A stretch of DNA of 33,736 bases, taken from Bdellovibrionota bacterium. GTDB lineage: Bacteria; Bdellovibrionota_C; UBA2361; JBGSMV01. The DNA lies in assembly GCA_041739995.1 (NCBI GenBank), contig JBGSMV010000053.1, forward strand, positions 1 through 33,736, written 5' to 3'. The position numbers were made by a program, and so were the translations under genes. The notes under the pieces are model-generated. The model ran no database searches. It was given only the letters and a program-made list of their open reading frames with translations, and had not been told where the DNA came from. Positions 8,521 to 17,589 of this stretch are shown here, one piece after another (position 1 is the first letter of the stretch; each line of letters starts with the position of its first letter).

Positions 8521-8548
8521 TTCGGTATCGTTACTTCGGTATCGTTAC
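8521..8548 (+). repeat. Perfect 14-bp tandem duplication
   Basis: TTCGGTATCGTTAC x2. Confidence 0.9.
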
Positions 8549-8592
8549 ATTGTGGCAGCGTGGGCGGCTAAAACAACGCTCTCAACCACTAC

Positions 8593-9012
8593 CTAATCCG
8601 CAGAATCCCGAAGATACTCCTCAATGCGCTGAAGAAGCATCTCGGCAAGCGTATTAAAATTCTCGTGGCGATCGCCTGGAAGCATCAAAGGGTCCGGCAT
8701 AGTCCAATGAAGCGTCGCACCGGCTCCGGGATACTCCGGAAATACGCGCTGTGCTTCTTCACTAAGCGTTATCACCACATCAAAGCGTTGTCCCTTAATA
8801 TCCCGCACTGACTGCGAACGGAAGTCATCCAGAGACACGCCGTAACCGGACAAAGTCTGCTCCACCATAGGATGCAGAGCCCCCTTGCCTACCGCACCGG
8901 CAGAACAAACATCCGCCCCCTCAACACGACTACGCCACAGCCCTTCGGCTAGAGGCGAGCGAATGCTGTTGGCGGAACAAAGGAACAGAACGCGCTGAGG
9001 ACCCTGTTTCAT
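8593..9012 (-). CDS. LMW phosphatase / ArsC-fold protein
   Basis: VLFLCSANSIRS (CX5R P-loop), SAG, FDVVITL, HWTMPDP. Confidence 0.88.
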   Translation of the reverse strand: MKQGPQRVLFLCSANSIRSPLAEGLWRSRVEGADVCSAGAVGKGALHPMVEQTLSGYGVSLDDFRSQSVRDIKGQRFDVVITLSEEAQRVFPEYPGAGATLHWTMPDPLMLPGDRHENFNTLAEMLLQRIEEYLRDSAD

Positions 9013-9036
9013 ATTAATATCTTTTCTCTTAGCCGG

Positions 9037-10359
9037 TCAGGCGGCACCCGGACTGAGCATCTCGGCGGCCACTTTGCGCCCAAACTGAACTGCGTAATTT
9101 GTGCCTCGATCTTCTGGATACACCTGAGCCATGCTGCACAACCAAAGCCCTTTAATTGGAGTTTTAAACTCAGGAATTAGACGGGAATAATGTTTGGTCA
9201 CCACTGGCTGACTATACTGCGCACGCCACACCGAGTAGCCGTTCACCCACTCAGGGCTGAACTTGGGAAACATACGCTGAATGAACGGAAGTGCAAAATC
9301 AAAAACTTCCTTATCCCCCATAGTGTACATTGGCTCGCTGGTGGGGAGGTACTTAGAGAGATAGGCGATATGCTCGCCGCGGAAGTTATCAGGACTATCA
9401 AAATTGGTGTGCTCAATGAGGCCTACAAACGGGAACGAAGGGTCGGCAACGTTGAGCCAGTATGTTTCCGAGAGGCTGCGTTTAAGACGCAGCACAAGGC
9501 ACACATTTCCTAAAAAGCGAATCTTTGCAGCAGTATTGCGATAGTGCTCCGCCAAGTCCGGAACCATCGGAAAGAATATCGGTAGGGGTACGGTCACAAG
9601 AACTGTGGGGGCAAAGATCTCTGTTCCATCGTCAAGACGGACACCCTGGACTGCTCCGTCTTTATACATGACGCTCTGCACGCGGATACTAGTTCTCACG
9701 CTAGCGCCCCGCTCCTCTAGCTTAGACTGGAGCGCGTCTATTACGCGCTGAAATCCTCCGCGAAAGTAAAGCAGCTCCTCTTTCCCTTTACTACCACGAC
9801 TTCCGCCACGAAGTTTGAGCTTGTTCCAGAACCACACTGCACTAACGTTTTCGGCTTCCGGCCCGAACTTGCCGTTCAACAACGGCTTCCAAATCACCTC
9901 GTAGGCTTTACGACCACCCAGTTGGATCAGCCACTCTGCAGCACTCTTAGCCTCAAGCGCCCGCCAATCTTTAACGGCTCTGGCACGTAGCGCCAAGAAG
10001 CCAGTCCGAATTCGATCAATTAGGGGAAGCGGAGAAAAGGTCAGCAAGTCCAAGGGCGAAGCCAAGCGAAATTGTGAGTTTGCGTAGTAAAGTCCGGTAC
10101 GTGAAGCGAGCGCTTGAATGCCTTCGCCAAGTCCGAGCTCTTCAATCAGTCCAAGAATTGCTCGGTCCGAGTTAAACCAATGGTGATAGAATTTCTCAAT
10201 GCGAATTCCAGGCAGGATTTCAAAGGTGCCTCCCAGTCCGCCGAGCTGCTGGTCTTGCTCAAGCACTAAGACTTTGCGTCCCGCGTTGCTGAGATCAAAA
10301 GCTGCCGAGAGACCCGTGAATCCCCCGCCCACCACTATTACATCAAATTTGTCTGCCAT
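9037..10359 (-). CDS. FAD-dependent oxidoreductase (protoporphyrinogen oxidase/amine oxidase superfamily)
   Basis: VVGGGFTGLSAA Rossmann motif, E...LGG, EKFYHHWF, C-terminal YPEDRGTNYA. Confidence 0.85.
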   Translation of the reverse strand: MADKFDVIVVGGGFTGLSAAFDLSNAGRKVLVLEQDQQLGGLGGTFEILPGIRIEKFYHHWFNSDRAILGLIEELGLGEGIQALASRTGLYYANSQFRLASPLDLLTFSPLPLIDRIRTGFLALRARAVKDWRALEAKSAAEWLIQLGGRKAYEVIWKPLLNGKFGPEAENVSAVWFWNKLKLRGGSRGSKGKEELLYFRGGFQRVIDALQSKLEERGASVRTSIRVQSVMYKDGAVQGVRLDDGTEIFAPTVLVTVPLPIFFPMVPDLAEHYRNTAAKIRFLGNVCLVLRLKRSLSETYWLNVADPSFPFVGLIEHTNFDSPDNFRGEHIAYLSKYLPTSEPMYTMGDKEVFDFALPFIQRMFPKFSPEWVNGYSVWRAQYSQPVVTKHYSRLIPEFKTPIKGLWLCSMAQVYPEDRGTNYAVQFGRKVAAEMLSPGAA

Positions 10360-10459
10360 CGGGGCCCATTGTTTGAGCGTAAAGCCCACCAGGTCAACCT
10401 AGAAAAGTTGTACTTCCGTTCAATTGAAGTGCACAGAGCCGGCAGCTGAGGCGACGGGC

Positions 10460-10500
10460 AAAAGAAAGGGCCCGCATACGAACAAGTCGTACACGGGCCC
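10460..10500 (-). terminator. Rho-independent terminator after the collagen-like gene
   Basis: Minus strand GGGCCCGTGTACGA-CTTGT-TCGTATGCGGGCCC then TTTCTTTT. The two mismatches are G-U pairs only on the minus strand. Confidence 0.85.
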
Positions 10501-10532
10501 CTCGTTATTATTGCCTCACATTCTGAGGTCTA

Positions 10533-11765
10533 CTATCGCACTCGACTCCAGCTCAAACCGTGGAATCGACCGTTGTCACACGGAGCTCTAAAGAGCACAT
10601 CGCCCGTAGCATCCGCTGTCATAAAGAAGGTCGTCGAGTATGGCGCGGCTCCATCAGGGTAATTGAGCCCCCGACCACCACCTCTCTTCCAGAGATAGTT
10701 GGATCCGGTCCAATGACGCACAGCCATCCAGGAATCATAAGGCGAGCCGCCCGCTCCTCCATTGTGGAAGATCTCTCCCCAAACGGTGAGTGAGTATGTC
10801 GCTCCAGGCGTTAGCTTTTGGCCAGACACTGCTTGAGCTAGATTACCCAAGGAAATACCTCCAGCCGTTCCAGGAAAAGCTCCTGTGCTACAAAGCCCTG
10901 CATTCGAAACGTCGAAGGCGTCATACGGGTCGGAAGCCAGATCTGCATCCCACCAATCAAAATAGTCTCTGCCCCACATCTGATTCATATTAGGACCAGT
11001 CGCTCCGGTTGCACCTTGAGCTCCTGCGGGACCAACTGGACCCTGAGGACCCTGCGCGCCTTGGGTACCCTGTACGCCTTGCGGACCAACCGGACCGGTT
11101 GAACCACGAACGCCGGTAGCTCCAGTAGCACCGATTGCACCCTGTGGTCCGGCCACACCTTGAGAACCAGTTGCGCCTGCGGGACCTGCTACGCCCGCGG
11201 GACCTTGAGCTCCCGTGGCACCGATCGCTCCTGCTGGACCAACTGCTCCAGTTGCTCCAACTGCACCTTGTGCACCCACTGCGCCTTGTGCGCCGGTTGC
11301 GCCAACAGGACCCTGTGGCCCGACATTACCTTGAGCCCCTTGGAGGCCTTGAGGACCAACTGGTCCCACATCGCCTTGAAGACCCTGCAGTCCTTGAGCC
11401 CCGCTCGGACCCTGCGGACCAGTCGCTCCTTGAGGACCAGAACCCAAGCCCGAGATTCCCGTGTTCACGATCTCAGTGACCTGAGTCAGCGAGGCAAGCT
11501 CACCAATCTTCCTAAAGCGCTTGGGACATTTGGTCCCTTTGATAATTCTAATGGCTTGGACGCGCGTATCTTTATTAAACGGCTGTAGCACGTTTTTGCG
11601 CTGACAGATCATGTCCGCATGAGCGTCGGTTGAGACGCCGATCATCGAACAAACCGCCAGAGCGAATGCACCTGAAACGGACGCATTCCACTTAGATTTT
11701 GCTTCTTTTTTGAGAGACTTCTCCCCCGACCACTGGGAAATTCCCAATGCAACGCGAATACTCAT
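10533..11765 (-). CDS. Exported collagen-like protein
   Basis: GGAGGA RBS before ATG 11765; signal-like region ending DAHA; 50 uninterrupted Gly-X-Y triplets; Trp/Gly-rich C-terminal domain. Confidence 0.9.
   Translation of the reverse strand: MSIRVALGISQWSGEKSLKKEAKSKWNASVSGAFALAVCSMIGVSTDAHADMICQRKNVLQPFNKDTRVQAIRIIKGTKCPKRFRKIGELASLTQVTEIVNTGISGLGSGPQGATGPQGPSGAQGLQGLQGDVGPVGPQGLQGAQGNVGPQGPVGATGAQGAVGAQGAVGATGAVGPAGAIGATGAQGPAGVAGPAGATGSQGVAGPQGAIGATGATGVRGSTGPVGPQGVQGTQGAQGPQGPVGPAGAQGATGATGPNMNQMWGRDYFDWWDADLASDPYDAFDVSNAGLCSTGAFPGTAGGISLGNLAQAVSGQKLTPGATYSLTVWGEIFHNGGAGGSPYDSWMAVRHWTGSNYLWKRGGGRGLNYPDGAAPYSTTFFMTADATGDVLFRAPCDNGRFHGLSWSRVR
10989..11438 (-). repeat. Collagen Gly-X-Y coding repeat (50 triplets)
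   Basis: Counted from GPQ GAT GPQ ... to GAT GAT GPN. Confidence 0.92.
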
Positions 11766-12383
11766 GAACAAATCCTCCACAATCGATTAATTGAGCCACG
11801 AGGTCCCCAGAGACAGTAAAGTCCCCACACCTAGGACAGGCTTCGCAGCTCTTACTGCTAGTAATTATGCGAATGGAGGGTACGAATGATGCTTAGTGTC
11901 CTATGCGTACAATTTCGACTTGGGAAGCGAGAAATATCAGCATGTTAGACCTAACAGAGTGTCTAGACGGCAGAAACAAGGCCGTGGCCAGCTTACAAAA
12001 TGGCTGCCACAGGCAGCGGCAGAATGAGCGAAAACTATATGGGGACGAGTAGTAAAAGTACTCCCCCACAAGCATCGGGCAACGCGAACACTCTCCATTC
12101 ACCTCTCCGTTATTCAGAGTGCAAACCATCATAAAAATTCTTGGGGAACGCCTCGCCTCAAGGCGATTTCCACCACGGAAATAGTCCCTATGGAAGCAAG
12201 TTGGCGCAGACTCTCTAAGCGATTCGAAGTGCATTTGGATTAGTGATCGCAAAATCGAATTAAGCATGTTAGAGGCTCAGTCTCATAGATAATAAATTTT
12301 AGAGAGCTCCCTGCTGCGCTATGCTTGGCCTGGCATCTCGCCCGCGCGGAGCTTGCGCAGATGGCGCTTGGAGAGATTCATAG

Positions 12384-13424
12384 ATGAGTTTGAAGACAGG
12401 TTGCCTATTTTTACTCTTCCTCTGGGCTGCATTAAGCGGCGCTTACTTTTATCTGCTTCAGGGAACCGAACTTGAGATGCAATATTGGCTGCCGGTTGTG
12501 CTGGCGCTTTCGGTGGTCATCGCTATCGCCAATTTTCAAGGGATTTTGCTGGCCATCAGCCAGAAGAGAGCAAGCAAGAAGTCACCGCATGAATGGCGTG
12601 ACGGCGAGCTGATCGGAATATCCGGTCAGGTCAAGGCACTGCGCGCTCCGGTGATTGCGCCTTTCTCGGGCAAGCCCTGCGTAATTTTAGAATACGAGAT
12701 TTCCCGCACAACCGGGACCGGAAAAAATCGAACAAACAGCATCGACTTCACGGGCATGCTAATGGCGCCCTGCGCGGTTCATACCTCGCGCGGTCCGGTA
12801 CGATTGGTCGGCTTCCCCTTGATTCCGCAAACCTCCCACGAGAGGATCGAAAACCCTGCGGACCTCGGGCGCGCGGGTAAGTACCTGGCCACAACTCAGT
12901 TCAAAGAGCGAACAAAAAATCCTTTGGCCCTGCTCAAAGAACTGAATGAAATCTTGGCCGACGATGACGGCGACTTGAAAGCTGACTTTCGAAATCCCGG
13001 CGCTTTTCCTACAGAATTGGAGGACGACTACGATGACGATCTCGACGAGTCCGCGAAACCACCTATCGCTTCGGTAGCAGAACGACCAGACGAACTGAAC
13101 GCTCGGGCAAACCTCATCTCCGCAAGACTCTCTGACGAGAGCTACACGCTCACCGAAACCCTCATCCCTAATGGCGCCGAATTAACGGTCTTTGGGACTT
13201 ACTTAGCCGGTAGGAAAGTCATTAATATCGGGTCTGGATTGAAGAATTTGAAGCATCAGATCCATCTGGGAGCGATCGATTCCGTTTTGGCCAAGCAATT
13301 TAGGCGCGCGATCGTCTGGACTCTCCTCTTCGGAACAGCATCCCTGGCAGCTCACTGGTATGTCGGCAAGCTGTTAGGCTATCCGGTTGACGAACTACTT
13401 CAGAGCGCTACTCAGTATTTTTAG
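12384..13424 (+). CDS. Membrane protein with possible GIDE-like domain
   Basis: Two N-terminal TM helices and one C-terminal; ISGQV...APFSGKPCVILEYEI and ETLIPNGAELTVFG resemble bacterial GIDE-domain proteins (by eye). Confidence 0.6.
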   Translation: MSLKTGCLFLLFLWAALSGAYFYLLQGTELEMQYWLPVVLALSVVIAIANFQGILLAISQKRASKKSPHEWRDGELIGISGQVKALRAPVIAPFSGKPCVILEYEISRTTGTGKNRTNSIDFTGMLMAPCAVHTSRGPVRLVGFPLIPQTSHERIENPADLGRAGKYLATTQFKERTKNPLALLKELNEILADDDGDLKADFRNPGAFPTELEDDYDDDLDESAKPPIASVAERPDELNARANLISARLSDESYTLTETLIPNGAELTVFGTYLAGRKVINIGSGLKNLKHQIHLGAIDSVLAKQFRRAIVWTLLFGTASLAAHWYVGKLLGYPVDELLQSATQYF

Positions 13425-13647
13425 CCGCAGGCGTCCATAGGACTTCGCGTCGAACACAGACCGTTCGATTTAAGCTCGACCAATGGCGTTTATCTTTCAC
13501 CCACACTGCCCGCTCCCTACCCTCAGTGATAGACAGCGCTGAGGATCCGGAGACGGGGCGCATACCTCTAGGCAAGAGCCATCTAGCTCTCACGCATGTG
13601 GCATCGCGCAACCCGTTCCAGGATGCTGAACCTGATACAGACTCTCG

Positions 13648-15750
13648 CTACGCTTGAGCGCCTTCTCGCATGTCAGCGATGGCCTCTTTAAGCGAAAGAC
13701 GAATCTTTCCCTGACGGTCAATGTCGAGCACTTTGACGGTAACTTCGTCACCTTCATGAACCACGTCTTCCACTCGGTTAACGCGCTCATCGGCAAGTTG
13801 TGAAATATGGACAAGACCGTCCGTCCCCGGAAGAATCTCAACGAAGGCTCCGAAGTCAGCAATGCGCTTCACGATTCCCTTGTAGAGCTTCCCGACAACC
13901 GCTTCCTGCGTCAGGCTTTCGATGATGCCAATTGCAGAGCGAACTCTGTCTGGCTCAAAACCCGACACAGACACGGTGCCATCATCTTCGATATCGATCT
14001 TGACGCTGCATGATTCGGAGATAGACCGAATCATCTTGCCTCCTGGCCCAATGATATCCCGGATCTTATCTGGGTTAATCTTGAAGGCCACGATACGCGG
14101 CGCAAGCTTGCTCAGCTCAACTCGCGGAGTGTCGATGATCTTCTTCATCTGATCGAGGATAAAGACACGTCCATCGCGCGCCTGACAGAGAGCCTCATCA
14201 ACGGTCTTCTTATCAAGGCCCTTAATCTTAATGTCCATCTGCAAGGCGGTGATACCCTTCTCGGTTCCACAGACTTTAAAGTCCATGTCTCCAAGATGAT
14301 CTTCATCGCCAAGAATGTCGGTCAGAATTGCGACCTTCTTGCCGTCCTGCATAAGCCCCATCGCCACACCGGCAACTGCAGCTTTCAGAGGCACGCCCGC
14401 TTCCATCAGCGCCAAAGACGATCCACATACGCTGGCCATCGAGCTCGAACCGTTGCTCTCTAAAATTTCAGAGACGATTCGAACCACGTAAGGAAACTTG
14501 GTCTCATCAGGCATCACTGCCTTCACCGCTCTCTCCGCAAGTGCTCCATGACCGATCTCTCGACGACCAGGGCCACGCATCGGTTTGACCTCTCCCACCG
14601 AATAGGCAGGGAAGTTGTAATGCAACATGAAGCGTCGGAACTCTTCGCCAGTGAGCAAATCAAGACGCTGCGCTTCGTCGTTCGTTCCAAGAGTCGCGAC
14701 TACAAGCGCTTGGGTCTCACCACGGGTGAACAGTGCCGATCCATGAGAGCGCGGCAAAACGCCGAGCTCAATAGAAATCGGTCGAACCGTCTTTGAATCG
14801 CGACCATCGATACGGACGCCTTCAGAAAACACCATGTCACGAACGGTGTGGTACTGAACGTCTTCGAATGCCTTGCTGCACAGCTTGGAAAGCTTTTCTG
14901 CGTCAGGTGATTCAGCTGGTATGAACTTGGTCTTTACCTCCTGAAAGAGGGCGGCCAGCGATTCTCGTCGTGCAAGCTTTTCCTTTACTCGTACAGACTT
15001 TGCCATTCCTGGTTTAAAAGCCGCGACCATTTTCTCAAACGTCGCGGTGTCAATCTTCGGAGGTGTCCACTCAATCTTAGGACGTCCCGCTTGTTTCTGG
15101 AGCTCGATCTGCATGTCGATGAGGACCTGCATTTCCTTGTGAGCATAGAACAGAGCTTCAAGCACATCGGCTTCATTAGCCTCGTCTGCGCCACCTTCAA
15201 CCATGACGATTGCGTCACGAGATCCCGCAACCACAAAGTTCATGTCGGACTTCTTAAGTTCGGCGCTAGTGGGATTAATAACCAACTTGCCTGCAATTCT
15301 TCCCACACGCACGGCAGCTATCGGGCCTTCAAAAGGCATATCCGAAAGAGTCAGTGCCGCTGAGGCGCCAACCACTGCGAGCACATCGGGATCCTGATCG
15401 ACATCTGAAGAGATAACGGTCGCGATGACCTGAATCTCATGCGAAAAACCTTCAGGAAAGAGAGGTCGGCAAGGTCGATCCATCAGTCGAGATACCAGAG
15501 TCTCTCGCTCGCTTAGTCGGCCCTCGCGTTTGAAATATGATCCTGGGATCTTTCCTGCCGCGTAGGTCTTCTCGACGTACTCCATGGTGAGTGGCAAGAA
15601 ATCCATTCCCTTGTCGTTTCCACGACAAGCGGTCACAAGGACCATCGTGTCTTGGCATCGCACTATCACCGCACCGCCAGCCTGTTTGGCCATGCGCTGG
15701 GTCTCAATACTAAATTTCTTTCCGTTGATTGTTTTTTCGATTATTTTCAT
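13648..15750 (-). CDS. pnp: Polyribonucleotide nucleotidyltransferase (PNPase)
   Basis: [62 protein letters not shown] and S1 domains. Confidence 0.99.
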   Translation of the reverse strand: MKIIEKTINGKKFSIETQRMAKQAGGAVIVRCQDTMVLVTACRGNDKGMDFLPLTMEYVEKTYAAGKIPGSYFKREGRLSERETLVSRLMDRPCRPLFPEGFSHEIQVIATVISSDVDQDPDVLAVVGASAALTLSDMPFEGPIAAVRVGRIAGKLVINPTSAELKKSDMNFVVAGSRDAIVMVEGGADEANEADVLEALFYAHKEMQVLIDMQIELQKQAGRPKIEWTPPKIDTATFEKMVAAFKPGMAKSVRVKEKLARRESLAALFQEVKTKFIPAESPDAEKLSKLCSKAFEDVQYHTVRDMVFSEGVRIDGRDSKTVRPISIELGVLPRSHGSALFTRGETQALVVATLGTNDEAQRLDLLTGEEFRRFMLHYNFPAYSVGEVKPMRGPGRREIGHGALAERAVKAVMPDETKFPYVVRIVSEILESNGSSSMASVCGSSLALMEAGVPLKAAVAGVAMGLMQDGKKVAILTDILGDEDHLGDMDFKVCGTEKGITALQMDIKIKGLDKKTVDEALCQARDGRVFILDQMKKIIDTPRVELSKLAPRIVAFKINPDKIRDIIGPGGKMIRSISESCSVKIDIEDDGTVSVSGFEPDRVRSAIGIIESLTQEAVVGKLYKGIVKRIADFGAFVEILPGTDGLVHISQLADERVNRVEDVVHEGDEVTVKVLDIDRQGKIRLSLKEAIADMREGAQA

Positions 15751-15901
15751 TTTCTTCTTTTTCTCCTCTTTGGAACCATTTCAATGAGCGTCGCGCACAC
15801 TGCGCCCTCGCTCGCTTTCATTAACTAAAAAACGTTAGATCTCGCCGTCGCGCAGAAGTAATGGAGGCCGAACCATTTCCAATCGCTCGATCACACTGTC
15901 T

Positions 15902-15988
15902 ACAAGCGCTACTACCCGCAAAAGTTACCATCGGACTCGTGCAGTCGGAGAAGATCTCCAAGCACGAGTTACCTTTGCAAGCATTTGT
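15902..15988 (-). promoter_or_regulatory. Long stem-loop in the rpsO-pnp spacer (candidate RNase III site)
   Basis: GCAAAAGTTAC..ACTCGTGC..TCGGAGA-AGA-TCTCCAA GCACGAGT TACCTTTGC; same location as the E. coli pnp leader stem. Confidence 0.5.
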
Positions 15989-16169
15989 GAAATTTATCGA
16001 GACAATAAGAATCGACACAGCTAGCTTTGAATATGCCCAGAGCGTCTCATTTGGCACGCTCGATCTGAACGCACTCCTGAGTGAAAAACCCCCTACGATG
16101 GGTGCACCATCAACTGAGGCACCGCGAGCAGAAAATACTGCGCCGCAAGGAATCTCACGCACCCTGATT

Positions 16170-16586
16170 TTACTTACGCAACCCAAGCGAGCCAATCAAT
16201 GTTCGGTAACGACCTACGTCAGTCTCGCGAAGATACTGAAGCAGTCCCTTTCTCGCTGAAATCAAACGCATCATTCCACGCTTCGAATGGCGATCCTGCG
16301 CGTTCTTCTTGAAATGCACACTGAGCACCTGCAGGCGTCGGGTGATAAGAGCAACTTGAGTCTCAGGAGAACCAGTATCGGTCGGCGTCTTGCCAAACTT
16401 CTGAACTACTTCCTGAGCGGAGAGGCTTGCAAGCGTCGCTACGTTATCCTCTGAAGTTGCTGCTGCTTCTACTTCGGTCGTACCACGTGCGGTTGATCTC
16501 TTTGCAGACGCTCCCTTAGCAGAGGAGCTCCCATTCTTCTTCGAGCCCGCTTTTAATGTATCAGGGGCTCCGGTTTCACTACTCAT
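16170..16586 (-). CDS. rpsO: 30S ribosomal protein S15 with N-terminal extension
   Basis: DTGSPETQVALIT, DRHSKRG, RYRTLIGSLGLRK; lies upstream of pnp; GAGGA RBS before ATG 16586. Confidence 0.95.
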   Translation of the reverse strand: MSSETGAPDTLKAGSKKNGSSSAKGASAKRSTARGTTEVEAAATSEDNVATLASLSAQEVVQKFGKTPTDTGSPETQVALITRRLQVLSVHFKKNAQDRHSKRGMMRLISARKGLLQYLRETDVGRYRTLIGSLGLRK

Positions 16587-16919
16587 GTCGATCCTCAAAC
16601 GTATTTCTTCTGATGTACTTTCTCTTCAGTGCCATAGCTCTTCGGTAATTCGAGCGATGCCGTAAGCACCTATCACTCTTCACAAAAGTCTAATTCACTT
16701 AATGAAGACGGGACGTTAGCAGCGAGGATCAAACAAGTCAACGCTAGACGCCCAGGCGCGCATGCAACAAAATTTGATGCACTTAGGGCCTGAACTTCGA
16801 GTGCGAAGCCGTGCCGGCTGCTCATATCTTCCGAGAAGGTATTAAGTGCGATTTCAGGGTGTTATGTGAGGATATTGCGGGCCAGCCCCCCACATTCGTG
16901 GGAAGCTGTGCGCCGACTA

Positions 16920-16978
16920 CTGCGGACTCCAAAGTCCTAGCTCCAAAGTCCGAGCCCCAACGTCCGAGCCCCAACGTC
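16920..16978 (+). repeat. Degenerate 14-bp tandem repeat (about 4 copies)
   Basis: CTGCGGACTCCAAA GTCCTAGCTCCAAA GTCCGAGCCCCAAC GTCCGAGCCCCAAC GTC. Confidence 0.8.
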
Positions 16979-16985
16979 GTTGAGA

Positions 16986-17204
16986 CTATAGATATCCGAA
17001 CTCTCTAACGTCTTGCACATCCACTTGGTGTTGGGACTCAAGGGAATGCATGTGCTTCTTCGCCAGCACTAAAATCTGTTCAAAAAACGACTCCAATTCT
17101 TCGGGGCTAAGTTTCCTGAAGCTGCCCCCTGAGGACTCAGCCTTCTCCAATACTCGTTGAAACAGCACCGAATCTCTATCTCCAAATGTCCTTCTCATAA
17201 CCAT
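16986..17204 (-). CDS. Small hypothetical protein (72 aa)
   Basis: Strong GAGGAG RBS before ATG 17204; amphipathic helical sequence (LSPEELESFFEQILVLAKK). Confidence 0.6.
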   Translation of the reverse strand: MVMRRTFGDRDSVLFQRVLEKAESSGGSFRKLSPEELESFFEQILVLAKKHMHSLESQHQVDVQDVREFGYL

Positions 17205-17533
17205 GATTCTCCTCAAAAATTAACCGCGTCACAGTCGCGGCCTAGTACACGAGAGGGCACCCTTGCCCCTTCGCGAAAGCATCATCTCTTTCAAGGCCTA
17301 GCGTTCACTGTTAGGAAATAACGCTCAGCACCTTCAGAAAGAGATCGATCTCTACTCGGCTCTCTGTTGTAGAGACGAAGGGAATTTCCCACTTATTCAT
17401 TCGGAGAACATGAGGAGTGCATTAGACTTCTGTTCTATCGTATAGGTCGCATGGAGCCACATGCACCAACAGTTACCGGATGATTTTAAACAACGTTCTA
17501 TTATTGGTGCGTTACTCAGCGATCTTCCAGAGC

Positions 17534-17567
17534 GCAGACTCCTATAGAATGCAGACTCCTATAGAAT
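17534..17567 (+). repeat. Perfect 17-bp tandem duplication
   Basis: GCAGACTCCTATAGAAT x2. Confidence 0.9.
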
Positions 17568-17589
17568 AGAGCCTCTTCCCAGTCGAAAT

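Noticed and set aside
11135..11588. ORFs antisense or out of frame to the collagen repeat (including the Cys-rich 11160..11588)
   Set aside because: Shadow frames of the GXY repeat.
12118..12160. c-di-GMP-I riboswitch-like GCAAACCA...TGGGGAACGC
   Set aside because: No GNRA-capped P2 stem and no GCAAAGC/receptor stem.
11893..12267. 124-aa minus-strand ORF
   Set aside because: No convincing RBS, Cys/Arg-rich atypical composition, no motifs.
15821..16259. ORFs 15861..16259 (+) and 15821..16195 (-)
   Set aside because: They overlap rpsO, carry no motifs, and the region is better explained as a structured spacer.
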